A DNA stretch of 63,279 nt, counting the filler, from Stramenopiles sp. TOSAG23-6 (taxonomy: Eukaryota), in NCBI GenBank assembly GCA_900128565.1. It is 3 parts of 3 records of this genome, joined end to end, with 100 filler letters (N's around TTAATTAATTAA, not from the genome) between each part and the next. Parts side by side here need not be neighbours in the genome. Positions count along the whole stretch, not along the records: positions 42,387 to 63,279 come from LT636033.1; 2 more parts are not named here. One strand, given 5' to 3'. The notes below the pieces were generated by a model. The model was given only the letters and a program-made list of their open reading frames with translations, made no database searches and was not told the origin of the DNA. Made by a program: the position numbers and the translations under genes. Positions 43,998 to 55,546 of the stretch are shown here, piece by piece; positions within the stretch are counted from its first letter, which is position 1, and every line of letters starts with the position of its first letter.

Positions 43998-45632
43998 ATG
44001 TATTACCCGCCAACTCCTACCTCAGGATCTAAAGGAGGAATGGGGAGTCCAAGGAATAGAGCACGTGAAAATTCTACTAACTTCACTGAACATGAGGGAA
44101 CACGGAGATGGCTAAATCAGCGAAGGCTGTCTTTAGTTTTAGAAGCTGCCGTAAGCGGGAAAGATCATGACGACTTCGGTTTAATCAGCAGCACTTCGAC
44201 TGATGAATCCTCCTGCGACGCCAGCACTTCGGATGAAGATAGTATGTATTCTTCGTTTGATTATTCTTCGCATACCTCTGAATCAGAGTTTTTTTCAAGC
44301 ACTTCGGAAAATAAAAGGAAGATTATCAAAAATAGAAACGTAATAATGAATGGAACTCAAGGAAATAAATTAGATACAGCATTCCGTGTTCAACATCCAA
44401 TATCTAATAGAACTCATATAATAGATGCAATAAATTCCGCAGTTAGATCACCACCCACGCCTCCTCAAAATCAGCGTTTGTATAACAAAGAACATAAAAA
44501 TGATAAAGACATGGAAACTAAGAAACAAAGTGATACAAAGCCGAATAGATTCCATAATGGATACACTAGAAAAGAGCCAAAAACATTGTCTAATTTTCGG
44601 TATAACCGAGGATCGATAGAAGAACCTAAAACATACACAAACTCACAACATTGGCAACAGAAGCAAATGAAATATATACACCCAAATGTACTATCTGCTT
44701 CTGGGGGTTCCCACATTGCTGTTGCCAAAGAGGGCACACTTAAGCGACGCTCAAAACTTCGTTGGCTGCCTTATTGGTTTAGACTAGAAGTCGGTAAAAA
44801 TGCTTTGTTCTATTATTCATTGGACCCAAAGAGAGCAACAGTACCTGGAGTATATCAGTTATCTGAAGCCGTAGCAATAAATAGAGTTGAAAATCGCATA
44901 GTTATATCATTAAAAAATTCTAAAACTATAGTACTGAAATCGTCCTCGGAAGATGAAGCTCAGGGTTGGGTATCTGTCATTGGAATACGAATTCGCCAAA
45001 TACAAAGACAGCAACATTATAAATCCACCAGTAAACATACGAATAAATTTCATAACTTGAACATAGAGGAGTCGTTTTGGAAACGTTTTAAATCATTCCG
45101 AAAAGGCATGTCAAAGATACGAAGCATGGTTTCAGAAGACAATGTTGGATTAGCAATATCTCGAGCCGCCAGAGCAGCGCTTGGTGCTTCCGAAGAGGCG
45201 GAAGCTGATGCGATGGATGCAGTTGACTTTGCTGAATCAGTGAAATCTAAACCCGGTTCTGAACGGAGTAAGCCTAATAATAATATACGGAATTTAACAA
45301 TCTCTTTACCGCTATCTCCTAGAAACAGCAGAGACTATCAAAAATACAAATGCTCTCATGGGTGTGGATTTTCCGGCGACTTTGATTTAGTCACTTCACA
45401 CGAATTGTTTTGTAGGGCGAAATATAGATTCGATAAATATTTTTGTGAAAGGGGGTGTGGTTTTAGAGGTTCGTACAAAGCTGTTGAATTTCATGAAACG
45501 ACGTGNTTATATATTAAAAGAATGAGAGATTCATTCAGCTGTTGTCATGGTTGTGGTTACGTTGCGTCATATGTCGAAGTTCAACAACACGAGAAAACAT
45601 GCTTATTAGATGACTCTTTGACGATGGTATAA
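43998..45632 (+). CDS. PH-domain protein with three C-terminal CxxxCG(F/Y)...HExxC zinc-finger-like repeats
   Basis: KEGTLKRR...WLPYWFRL...LFYY...EAQGWV; CSHGCGF, CERGCGF, CCHGCGY. Confidence 0.75.
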   Translation: MYYPPTPTSGSKGGMGSPRNRARENSTNFTEHEGTRRWLNQRRLSLVLEAAVSGKDHDDFGLISSTSTDESSCDASTSDEDSMYSSFDYSSHTSESEFFSSTSENKRKIIKNRNVIMNGTQGNKLDTAFRVQHPISNRTHIIDAINSAVRSPPTPPQNQRLYNKEHKNDKDMETKKQSDTKPNRFHNGYTRKEPKTLSNFRYNRGSIEEPKTYTNSQHWQQKQMKYIHPNVLSASGGSHIAVAKEGTLKRRSKLRWLPYWFRLEVGKNALFYYSLDPKRATVPGVYQLSEAVAINRVENRIVISLKNSKTIVLKSSSEDEAQGWVSVIGIRIRQIQRQQHYKSTSKHTNKFHNLNIEESFWKRFKSFRKGMSKIRSMVSEDNVGLAISRAARAALGASEEAEADAMDAVDFAESVKSKPGSERSKPNNNIRNLTISLPLSPRNSRDYQKYKCSHGCGFSGDFDLVTSHELFCRAKYRFDKYFCERGCGFRGSYKAVEFHETTXLYIKRMRDSFSCCHGCGYVASYVEVQQHEKTCLLDDSLTMV

Positions 45633-45733
45633 TATTTGCAACATTGTCAAAAAAATAAATTTTATAATATATATCAATGAGGGTTTCATATATTCTGCCA
45701 TAATTGTAAGAGAGTATATCCTAGAAATGCTTA

Positions 45734-48424
45734 CTAATCGATCATTGTAAGTGGATTTGATAATATCTTAGATTTGCTTAGTAATCGATAAAAACCAGCA
45801 AAAGTAACAAATTGTTGCTTTTCTACGCTCCACATTGTATTAAAAAATGTCTTGATCCCCCCGCATCCAATAAAGCTTACAACAGTAATTCCTTTCCATA
45901 AACCGTCACGAGCTGTTTCTCGGCACTTGGTTAGACGGTAACATGGTACTTTCGGATTTGCATGGTGAATGCAGTGTTCTTCTAAGCCTAGAGTGACCCA
46001 TTTAAAAAAGGATGGGACATTCAAAAAAGTTGACCCTTCAAAATGTGCTAGTTGTCGTGACCATTTACTATCACCCCCAGCGGCATATCCAGGATTAGCT
46101 GCATGCATTAATTGTGAAAGAATTAACGGTGACATAGAAGCAATATAAAGAGCGACAAGTTCAACACAGACTCCAAACCACCCACATTGCATCCATGCGA
46201 TTGATAACATCCCTCCTATACCAAAGAAAGAAAATAACGATCTAGCAACCACCACATAGTAACCAACAACAATGAATATAGGCCCAGATATGAAAAAAAA
46301 TACTACCGGATCTCGAAGAATTCTAACTGCTATACGACTCAACCAAGACATACTTTTATATTCCTCAAAAGTAAAAAAAATTGTCTCCGTTAAGTTAATA
46401 CGCTTTGTTGGGCGATAGTCACCTACGTGAGCGTGATGATGCAGATGATCGTGTCGAAATTGTGCTGGCGAAACACCAATAAGAAGACCAATTAACCACC
46501 CGGCACGACGATTTGCGGCAATTGATGGATAAAATGACCCATGAATGGTATCATGGAAAACAGCTGTTGCGCGTACAGTTATACATGCGCGAAATAATAT
46601 CCATAAAATTGTACTTATCCAATAGTATGGCGCAGTCATAGTTGGAATTAATGGTAGAACAAACAAAGCAATGCCATATAATAAAAATGTAAATGAAAGA
46701 ACTTGTGTGGCTAATGTAGAATCTGCATAGGCAAAGCGACTAATATGCTCATTACGAGCTTTCAGCAGATTCATAATTTTTTCATCATGTCCTTTATCTA
46801 GTTTTTTCATGCGAGTTTTTTTATCAATATCCAACTGTCTCAGCTTTCTATTTGTTACACCGTTGTTTTTTAGAGGGGGGTGGATACAACTGCTAGGTAA
46901 AACCTTAATAGCTTGCTCTTCATCCAACAGCGACGAAATGACTCGATGACAATTTCTTGCCCCAAAGAAATCACCATAAACCCCCATAACGAATGCACAA
47001 ACAACTGTGCTAATGAAATCACAAGAATGTATGACACCAATGCGAAAAAGCAAAGGGATCGTAACTTTGATATAGTCTATCATAATAGATGTGCAAAATT
47101 GAATGGAATTTGGATCCTCATTGGCGTATTTAGATGTTATAGCGTATACACCAGACCGAGCCCAAAGACCACTCCATTGGTAAATTTGTAAACTAAAAAA
47201 TGCCCGAAAATAATTTTCTATCAAATATTGATTGCTCATACTTAGCTTATCGAGATAAAAAACTGCAGCATTAAATATTCTTGCAACAAGCATATCCGAT
47301 TGAGACATCAATGGCGAAGCTGAACAATAGCTTTGGTTACAAGCAGAATTCTCTTTTTGAAAGCTTTCCTTTGCGATGGCTGAAACAAACTTAGGAATTC
47401 GGTCAAGAATGAATGCCAACATATATCCAGATGATGAATGAATCATTCCCCCAGCAGCACCTATTCTTGATACACGGCATCCATTAGAGCTATTACTTTT
47501 GTCTACGTCCCATACACTTGACAAAGGTCCAGATCCTATTGATGTTCCCATACTTGACACCAGTGGAAGCGAATATCGTTCTTTGGAAACAATTTTGTAA
47601 GGTTCAAAAGGCTTCATCCTTTCCTTCAGACGTTTCATAAACACATTAAATTGAGGAGGGTTACTACAAGCACATATATTAAATTCTTCCATGAAAATTT
47701 CACTAGATGATAGAGGTAAGGTATAGCACTGTGTAAGAGGCGCGCCAGAATGTACCCCAGTTACCCCAAAATCGCATACTGTTGCACTATTAATGTCTAG
47801 GTTATGATCCCGAACCTGTGTTTTATCGAGGGGATTTAAAAGTTCAATATGAAGTCCAAAAAAACGTTGCCAATGTGTCGCACGCTTATTGGGACCAGTC
47901 GCATCCACAAAGTGAGAACACTTCTGAACTAATTTACACTGCGAATTCGTTACCAGGTTCCCTAGGTCGTTATCTCCGGGACCTTCTGTTACATAATATA
48001 CACAACCTGAGATGGCATCAACATGAGAAACTCGCCCATGAATAAGTGTCACCAAGCGTTGCTTTTCGAGGAACGAAGTGATCCATTTATGTACTTCTTG
48101 TGAATTAAACTGAACGTACTCGCGATTGAGGTTCTTCTTACTTCCGTCGGAGAAACGTATCAAAGGATTTGACCATTTATATTTCCAAACGGACGCCTCT
48201 GGTGATGCTTGAGCCATTTTTCTAAAACTTTCCAACCATATCATAGTAGCTTCAGTCACTTCATCCTTGAAGCAGCAGTGACGCTGCCACCAACAGGTTG
48301 ACGCAAACGAGGGACTAATACAAACTACAGGAACACCTAATGCTGCAAGTCCCGCGACTGTTAGATAACCAGCAACCCCACTTCCAGCGACGACTACAGG
48401 AGATTTCAAATCTTTAGATGTCAT
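45734..48424 (-). CDS. fusion of a lycopene cyclase-like FAD protein and a membrane fatty-acid-desaturase-family domain
   Basis: VVVAGSGVAG, FVDATG, YTLPLS...FMEE, IGAAGGMIHSSSGY; then HDTIH, HLHHH and HCIHH histidine boxes with TM helices. Confidence 0.75.
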   Translation of the reverse strand: MTSKDLKSPVVVAGSGVAGYLTVAGLAALGVPVVCISPSFASTCWWQRHCCFKDEVTEATMIWLESFRKMAQASPEASVWKYKWSNPLIRFSDGSKKNLNREYVQFNSQEVHKWITSFLEKQRLVTLIHGRVSHVDAISGCVYYVTEGPGDNDLGNLVTNSQCKLVQKCSHFVDATGPNKRATHWQRFFGLHIELLNPLDKTQVRDHNLDINSATVCDFGVTGVHSGAPLTQCYTLPLSSSEIFMEEFNICACSNPPQFNVFMKRLKERMKPFEPYKIVSKERYSLPLVSSMGTSIGSGPLSSVWDVDKSNSSNGCRVSRIGAAGGMIHSSSGYMLAFILDRIPKFVSAIAKESFQKENSACNQSYCSASPLMSQSDMLVARIFNAAVFYLDKLSMSNQYLIENYFRAFFSLQIYQWSGLWARSGVYAITSKYANEDPNSIQFCTSIMIDYIKVTIPLLFRIGVIHSCDFISTVVCAFVMGVYGDFFGARNCHRVISSLLDEEQAIKVLPSSCIHPPLKNNGVTNRKLRQLDIDKKTRMKKLDKGHDEKIMNLLKARNEHISRFAYADSTLATQVLSFTFLLYGIALFVLPLIPTMTAPYYWISTILWILFRACITVRATAVFHDTIHGSFYPSIAANRRAGWLIGLLIGVSPAQFRHDHLHHHAHVGDYRPTKRINLTETIFFTFEEYKSMSWLSRIAVRILRDPVVFFFISGPIFIVVGYYVVVARSLFSFFGIGGMLSIAWMQCGWFGVCVELVALYIASMSPLILSQLMHAANPGYAAGGDSKWSRQLAHFEGSTFLNVPSFFKWVTLGLEEHCIHHANPKVPCYRLTKCRETARDGLWKGITVVSFIGCGGIKTFFNTMWSVEKQQFVTFAGFYRLLSKSKILSNPLTMID

Positions 48425-48878
48425 CTTTATGACTATAACTTTAGTGCATCATATTTATTGGAGAAGATTTTCAGAGAATCCTTTAGATAGCTAATGATCA
48501 TTGCATACAGTAGGACCCTTTCGTTTGGTTTTGGTATCACAATTCCCTCTCTCAAAGTCAAAACTCCCGAAAGATACACAGAGTACCGTTTTGGTTTCGG
48601 ACAAACCTGATTTCAAAAAAAGGTAGCGCAAACAAAACACAATAATTGGAAAAATAATTGGCTCCGTGGCTTGAGTGAGTGGCGTGTGCGATATAATAAT
48701 AGAAACGAAAGGAGGAGCTCATCGCGAAAATACATAACAATATACATTGTCCATCGTTACGGTGTCCTTTTACGAAATTTTAAGAGTAGCGTACTCAGCT
48801 ATTATTTATGGTAAGTTTCTGACTGTCTAGTTTTATAAAATACTGTAGTTACACTTTTTTCAAGCAAACTCTGTGAAA

Positions 48879-49532
48879 ATGACGAAATTAATGGGTCATG
48901 ACCTAAACATTGTCCATACCGGTGACTCTTTGAAAACAAAGGGAATTTGGAAGAAAATGGGGAGTAAATCACATTTGAGTGAATCAGCAATTCCTGTAGC
49001 GGATGGTGATCGGTTCAATTCAGAAGTTGCGCAATCTAAAAATGATTTTAGTGATCTATTGGAACTTGCTCGTCTCTCCGGTAAGACATCTCACACTAAA
49101 GACCGGGGTGGTTGTCGAAAATGTGGTAACTTTGGTCATATGACTCACAATTGTCGTAATTTTCTCATGAAGAATGAAGTAGAAAGTGATTCTGAAGATA
49201 GTGATGCTGACCTTGCTTTTGAAGCAAAAATTGGAGCTGACGATAGAGAGCGAGAAATACAAAAAAAACTAAGAAAAGAAGCGCGTAAGGAAAAGAGGAG
49301 AAAGAAGAAAAAGAAAAAAGAAAAAAAAGAGAGAAAGAAGGAAAGAAAACGTAAACGTAAACGTAAACGTGAGAAACATAAGTCTTCCAAGCGGCGTAAA
49401 CGATCCAATAGTTATAGCTCTTCAGATTCAGATTCAGCAGTAAGTGAGAGAAAATCAACAAAAAAGAAAAGAAAAATGAAAAATAAATCTTCGCCCAGGT
49501 CTAGTGATAGTAGTGACTCTTATTCAGATTAA
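48879..49532 (+). CDS. CXIP4-like zinc-knuckle protein with Lys/Arg/Ser-rich tail
   Basis: LLELARLSG...RGGCRKCGNFGHMTHNCRNFL. Confidence 0.75.
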   Translation: MTKLMGHDLNIVHTGDSLKTKGIWKKMGSKSHLSESAIPVADGDRFNSEVAQSKNDFSDLLELARLSGKTSHTKDRGGCRKCGNFGHMTHNCRNFLMKNEVESDSEDSDADLAFEAKIGADDREREIQKKLRKEARKEKRRKKKKKKEKKERKKERKRKRKRKREKHKSSKRRKRSNSYSSSDSDSAVSERKSTKKKRKMKNKSSPRSSDSSDSYSD

Positions 49533-49617
49533 TTCACTATAACTCATTTATTATGGCATATTGAGTAACATTATAATATAAATATGTGTCATATTTTATT
49601 GATATTTTCAATTTTAT

Positions 49618-51612
49618 CTATAATACATTATCAGCTCTAACTCGAATGTCTCTAGCCCTATTTGCTGCTTCTGATGTTTGATGTACAACTCCATACAGAT
49701 CAATGCCACCAATCATTAAATAATGTCGATTGTATGCGTTCATCCCCGTTTGTCTAAGACAGAAATATCTAAATCCTTTTTGTGTATTTAGGTCGATATC
49801 CCACAAAGCTACAGCACCCGGATTTGTATCCACTGCCGTGTCATTAATATGCGCTCGAAGTAAATACCAAAGTTTCAAATCATTTGATCCTTCTAATGTC
49901 CAATTACGAACAGCATGCGCAAAACAGTCACTTCCATTTCGGATAGCATAACTGGTTGGGCTTAATGAACGACCCTCTCCCAAGTCTATAGACAACCATG
50001 ATTCCAATTCATCTTTTGTGTAACTATTAGCAGCTACAGTTGAATCATCAAAACACATCAGTCCTGCGGGGTCATATGTAAAACCATCCACTATAGAGGA
50101 CATATCCATCTTTATAATTCCAAGTTTGGCTGGATTTCTAAATGGAAGTTCGCCACTTTGTGTGCCAAGCCATTGAATAATTCCCATGGGAATAATTTCA
50201 TTTGTATTCATTTTACCTAGACTTGTATTACTAAAACTTTTAGATGTATTATATGACAAAAAATGTATCTTTGGATTATTATTACCCAATAATGCAGTTG
50301 GCACATTATCTACATTCGATACTCTGATCTTAAATGGACTTTTATGAATGTCTATTCCACTCACTAAGACATGTAAAAGAAATTCTCCAGGTACATGTAT
50401 TTTGAAAAAATATTTCAAAAAAAACTTTACAATTTTGGTTAAGTACAAAATTTCGTATGAAAAAACAATTTAAATTTGAAATTTATGATAAAAACGTACA
50501 TCGACAGAGTATTCACAATTTAGAGTACCATCCTCATTGTCAAACACACCAGTGACTACTTTTGGCACTTTTGTAGTTTTACTCAGTTGATTACTCAGGG
50601 TTTGAGGCTCTAATGATTTCACCTTGACACTGACAACACTTTTTAGTGAAGTATATTTAGAAAATTCTTTCGGATTTATTTTTTGTCCACTTTGGTCACG
50701 AAGTACAACTTTTATCATACCCGTACAATTTTGAACTATACCAAAAAGTCCCTGTCCCGTTGCAGTCGATTTTTCAGGCGTGAGTGCCACAAGCTTTCCT
50801 ATTTTCTGAAAGTTTGCAGCAGAATAAAGTGGTCTACCAGGCAAGTGATGAGTTGTTGTACTAGTAGTCGTTGTACTACTAGTATGTTGAACATTGGAAG
50901 GAAAACCGCGAACTAAAACAATTCCATCATTTTCACAAGGTTCCAAGATAAACGTATCATGTGCCATATTACATAATTTTTGTGACATTGGAACTGCAAC
51001 CAACTCAAACTCCTCATGGGAAGCTTCTCTCATTGTTTTTTCAGCAAGTTTTCGATTACCAGACAACTGGGCTAAAGTTCTATTTAGATCAACTTTCTGT
51101 TTCTCCAACTTTGAAACTTTCTTTTTGATAATACAGTTGAATTCTACCAGAAGATCAGATTCACGTCTTTGAATTTGTTTGTGTAAACTTTCAAAGTATT
51201 TTTGAATGTGTGTACTCACTATTTTCTTCCTTACGTGTAGTTTCTTTACCATATTCTCCACGTCACATTTACTCCGTCCTACTCTTTTTTCTAACCATTT
51301 CATTTTGGATATCATCTTCCGCGCAACTGAGGACAAATGTTTATAATTGGATGCTATTAGGTTATGCGTCAGCGCGGTTGTTGATGTGAAATTTGTATCT
51401 ATATCTTTAGAGTTTTGAAGTCTATCCATAGCAGCACCAGATAAGCAATTTGTAGTACCAAATCCTTTACTAATTAACTCATCTGTGAGACTGTCAAGAA
51501 CTTGTGGATCTAGACTTTGAACAATTTTCTTCATTTGAATCTTTGACAGTTCACTGGGATCATCCGGAATGACTCCATTTGCTATATCATCCATCAATGA
51601 AGAAAACTCCAT
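49618..51612 (-). CDS. coiled-coil plus filamin/Ig repeat plus galactose-binding-like domain protein; intron 50499-50395
   Basis: STATGQGL...DNEDGTLNCEYSVD|VPGEF...IHKSPF filamin repeat; SWLSIDLG...VRNWTLEGSND...FRYF. Confidence 0.75.
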
Positions 51613-51884
51613 TGCTTTGAAAAAAAGAAACAAAGATTCGATCTCTGATATATCGATTTCTCTTGAGAGATCTCGAGAGATCTTGAAAAAGATACGAACA
51701 AAGTCAAGTCTGAGATTATTTCGTGTTCTCTCTCGATGTAACCGTCGACCGATGATTGTTTAAACTTTATCAGATTATCTACTAGTATTTGCAGACCAGA
51801 AGCGTAGTTTCTACATAAGTGAAGAGTACTTCCAAATTTATATGTTTGATAGATATCTTTTTAATTAATTAAATATATATTTAA

Positions 51885-53410
51885 ATGGATTTAGCTGCTG
51901 CTGTATCAGGAGATGCACCCGAACTTGACGAAGAGAGTTTACGTCGTAAAAACCAAATTCGTCAACTGAGGAAAAAAGCAACTGCGTTACAGGCTTACAA
52001 CAATAAACTCAGAGAACAAAAACGTATTAATGAAAAAGATACAAATGAATTTGTACAATATTTCCAGCATGAGATTGCAAAGCGTGACTCAGAATTGCTT
52101 GAATTAAAAGCAATCATTGAAGAACAACGGTCCAAAAGGAGTGCTCAGTACGAGCAGCTCAAATTCGAATTTGAAGAGCGTGTGAAAGAACTAGATAAGG
52201 AAACCAAATGTCAGCGTAGTGATTATTCCGCGAGAGTAATATTCACCAATAATAAATTGACAGATATGTGGAAACAGCAGCAACTGCGCGAAAAGCACGA
52301 AGAAGCTTTAAGAATCATGCGCGAGGAGTTGCACGCAAAAGATAGGGAGCAAACTTTAGAACTCACACAGATGGAGCGTAGCTTTATAGCAAAAAAAGCA
52401 GAGATCCAGGATAGTTTAAATATTACCATGTCTGAAATACATCGGAATGCAATGAAAAATGCAAATAAAGATCTTTTAAAACGTTCATTACAAGTGCGAG
52501 AAGAAACCGTGCGACTTATACGTTTTCAAAATTAAATGTTTCCCTATATTTTTTTCATACGCAGATTTGTACCTAACATTTTTTTTTACTAAAAAAATAT
52601 GTTTTCACAATAAATGCGAGTACTCTGCGAAAAAAGCTTGCTCTCACTCAAAAACTTGAGAAGAAAAAAGCAGACTTACGAGCAAAGAATAAGCGCCTAC
52701 GAATAGGTGAATCTATTGATAAAGAGCAGAATAATGTAGCACGTGCATTAAATCAAAAACGCAAGTTGAAATTAAAACGAAAAACGGAAATCGTTCGAAA
52801 ATTAGAATTTTCTCTTGGAGATTTAGTACGAGAGTTCGACAATGAACGTGACGGTAATATCCGAGCATTCAATAAAGAATTAGAAGCAGCTCAGTTGGAT
52901 TTAGCAGCCGTTAAAGAGTTAGTGAGATTAAAACATGCTGAACTAACAAAAATGAGAGAAAAGTCAAAAAAAATTCTTACATGTAGAGAAGAAATGGAAA
53001 GATTTTTCTTTGATGCTTTGGACAAATTGAGAAAAGATAACTTCAAAGAAATAGTAGATCAAAAAATAGATATGAAAAATGTTTTTGTAGATCACTCTCA
53101 AAAGGATGAAGGTAAGTATAAAGATGATTCGAATGATACAGATAGTAAAATCAATGAAAATAAAATCAATGAAAATAAAATCAATGAAAATAAAAATGAT
53201 GAAAATAAAAATGATGAAAGTGAAACGTATCCAGAGGATGAATTGAAAGCTGGAGACTTCCCAGAGTGGGTACAATCCGGTTTTGAAAATAACGGTATGC
53301 AAGGTCCATATAGTAATAAAGTTGAATGGAGTGATTTGTCTGCAGAGGAAAAGGAAAAGTTGATTCGATTATTATATGCTCAAGTGAGTAATGTTGATAT
53401 AGGTGAATAA
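51885..53410 (+). CDS. BBOF1: basal body orientation factor 1-like (CCDC176); intron 52518-52615
   Basis: Coiled coil; REEMERFFFDAL; VEWSDLSAEEKEKLIRLLY. Confidence 0.7.
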
Positions 53411-53538
53411 GTGAGGAAAGCTTGAAAAACTATTTTCATTTGTTCACTTGGAAATGTTTGAAATAAAAACAATTCATATTTTAAATAATTCATTTTTAAT
53501 TTATCCTTCACGCATAGCGATATCGATAACGCTGAAAA

Positions 53539-53573
53539 GTAAGGGTAAGGGTTAGGGTTAGGGTTAGGGTTAG
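53539..53573 (+). repeat. interstitial telomere-like repeat
   Basis: GTAAGGGTAAGGGTTAGGGTTAGGGTTAGGGTTAG. Confidence 0.9.
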
Positions 53574-53629
53574 CTATAGTAGTGAAGACTATAAATTTTA
53601 TTTATAAAATTGGACTTTTTTTTTTTGCT

Positions 53630-53775
53630 TTAGGTATGAAAATTCGTATACTTTTTGATAAAAAAATTTTAAGTTTTTAGGTATGAAAATTCGTATACTT
53701 TTTGATAAGTAAGAATATTCGTATACTTTTCGTTAGGTATAAAATTTCGTATACAATTGTTACATTTCGTATATA
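53630..53775. repeat. intergenic tandem copies of the intron core motif
   Basis: TTAGGTATGAAAATTCGTATACTTTTTGATAA twice, GTTAGGTATAAAATTTCGTATAC once, plus two partial TTCGTATA copies. Confidence 0.85.
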
Positions 53776-54210
53776 GTATTACGTTGTTCAAGGAGCTCGA
53801 GTTTCACTTTCACTTAGTTGTAACATTTTAGGGTTTCCTCCACAATGTGTTGTTGTAAAATATCACCAAATACAACTAAAAAAAAACAATTACAAACACA
53901 CATCAACAATGTAAACTTAAAAATGAAGAATGGGGATTATTTATCATTGATATTGTGAATTTACATTATCACAATGTAGAAATCCAACAATAAATTTCTC
54001 ACAATAAACCTCACTTCATTTTTAAAACAAATTACAATATGTGTATATACAATATTTAACACACAACAATTATTGAAAATATTATGTCATATCAAACAAT
54101 CTCATATTTAGGACCTAACAAATTTCAAATTAAACCAAATCAAAAATAAAAATGCGTGAAGATCAACCTAAAGTTTTATTTTCTATTTCAATTATATGTA
54201 CATGTATGAT

Positions 54211-54948
54211 TCAACGAAATAGAAATGAAGTGACACTGACTAAAAGTCCAGCCATAGCTCCGTTCTTAGATGCACGAAATATACTATCTTTTGTTATGAC
54301 TTTATCAAGGTTCCTTGCAGCTTTCAAAGCCTCCGAAGAAAAGGAAGATTTGGACTTATACACGTATTTATATATATCGCGTTCATATTGTCGATTTAAA
54401 ACATCTGGTCTAAACAGCCCAGTTGCAGAACTGGCTGGTAAGCTAAGTGTAAAACAAGTTGTGGCAGCTGCTAGGCCTTGACCAAACGGATTGTGCACAG
54501 TTCGAGAAACTCCAAACAAATTTTCGCGACATTTCCCCGTAAAACATGCCATAAAACTATATATCCCAAATCCTGCACTAAAAATAAAGCCATATTTCAC
54601 TGAGCGTATTATATCGCGTGATAGTGTGTTAAATTTTGAGTTGTGTATTGGAGCACGTAAAGTGCTTTCAATGTCCTTGGGAAACATGAAGTCAGGTTGT
54701 TTTTGTCTAATATTTTTAAGTATACCCATTTCTACATTTTTACAACCCTCCGGCCCAAAATTACGACGCAGACGCAGATTAGCACTTGAATACACTTCAA
54801 GAATGGGAACTTTCCAGTAACTTGATAGTACGGAAAATAGGGTACCTGAAGTAAAACCTTGTAGTGCAGTGACAATAAGCTGAGAAGTGCAAGGAGGTAT
54901 CATTTGCTCCTCCGTCCACTCAACAGGTACTTTACCAGAATAATCCAT
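54211..54948 (-). CDS. hypothetical membrane protein, possibly Tim17/Tim22 family
   Basis: GFIFSAGFGIYSFMACFTGKCR...NPFGQGLAAA pattern with several hydrophobic segments. Confidence 0.45.
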   Translation of the reverse strand: MDYSGKVPVEWTEEQMIPPCTSQLIVTALQGFTSGTLFSVLSSYWKVPILEVYSSANLRLRRNFGPEGCKNVEMGILKNIRQKQPDFMFPKDIESTLRAPIHNSKFNTLSRDIIRSVKYGFIFSAGFGIYSFMACFTGKCRENLFGVSRTVHNPFGQGLAAATTCFTLSLPASSATGLFRPDVLNRQYERDIYKYVYKSKSSFSSEALKAARNLDKVITKDSIFRASKNGAMAGLLVSVTSFLFR

Positions 54949-55399
54949 TACTTTCAAGTTTACAAATTAGATACCAGATACGGTGTGTCTTGTGTGTGTT
55001 CAAATAAGATCAGTGTCTGGAAAATAATATAGCTATGTTGTAGTGATGTGTTTACGTAAGTAGCCTAAGTGTCGTTTAGTAGTAGTAGTAGTAGTACTAA
55101 ATTTTTGATGATTTAGATGATTTAGATTTGAGATTGGATTTTGACTGTTAATTATCGGGAACGCTGAAACAATGACGTCATAATATATCAACCTATTAAA
55201 AGAGGTACAACTTATATAGGAATATATATATAGTTTGCATGAATAAATGCAGAATAAATGAACTCTATAAAATTTTATTACACATCGCATCAAGACACTA
55301 AAATTACTTTTCTTCAGCAGCAACTTCTGTCAAAAATAAAGGTACATCAAAATATAAGTTTAAGTCTTCATATACTATTTCAATAAGTATGTTCGGTCT

Positions 55400-55546
55400 T
55401 TATACACTATCTCAATAAGTAATCCTAATCATCTATATCTTCAATAATTTATATACTATCTCAATAAGTAATCCTAATCATCTATATCTTCAACAATTTA
55501 TATACTATCTCAATAAGTAATCCTAATCATCTATATCTTCAACAAT
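55400..55546. repeat. three tandem 49-nt repeats overlapping the HSP70 stop codon
   Basis: CTCAATAAGTAATCCTAATCATCTATATCTTCAA recurs at 55411, 55460 and 55509. Confidence 0.9.
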
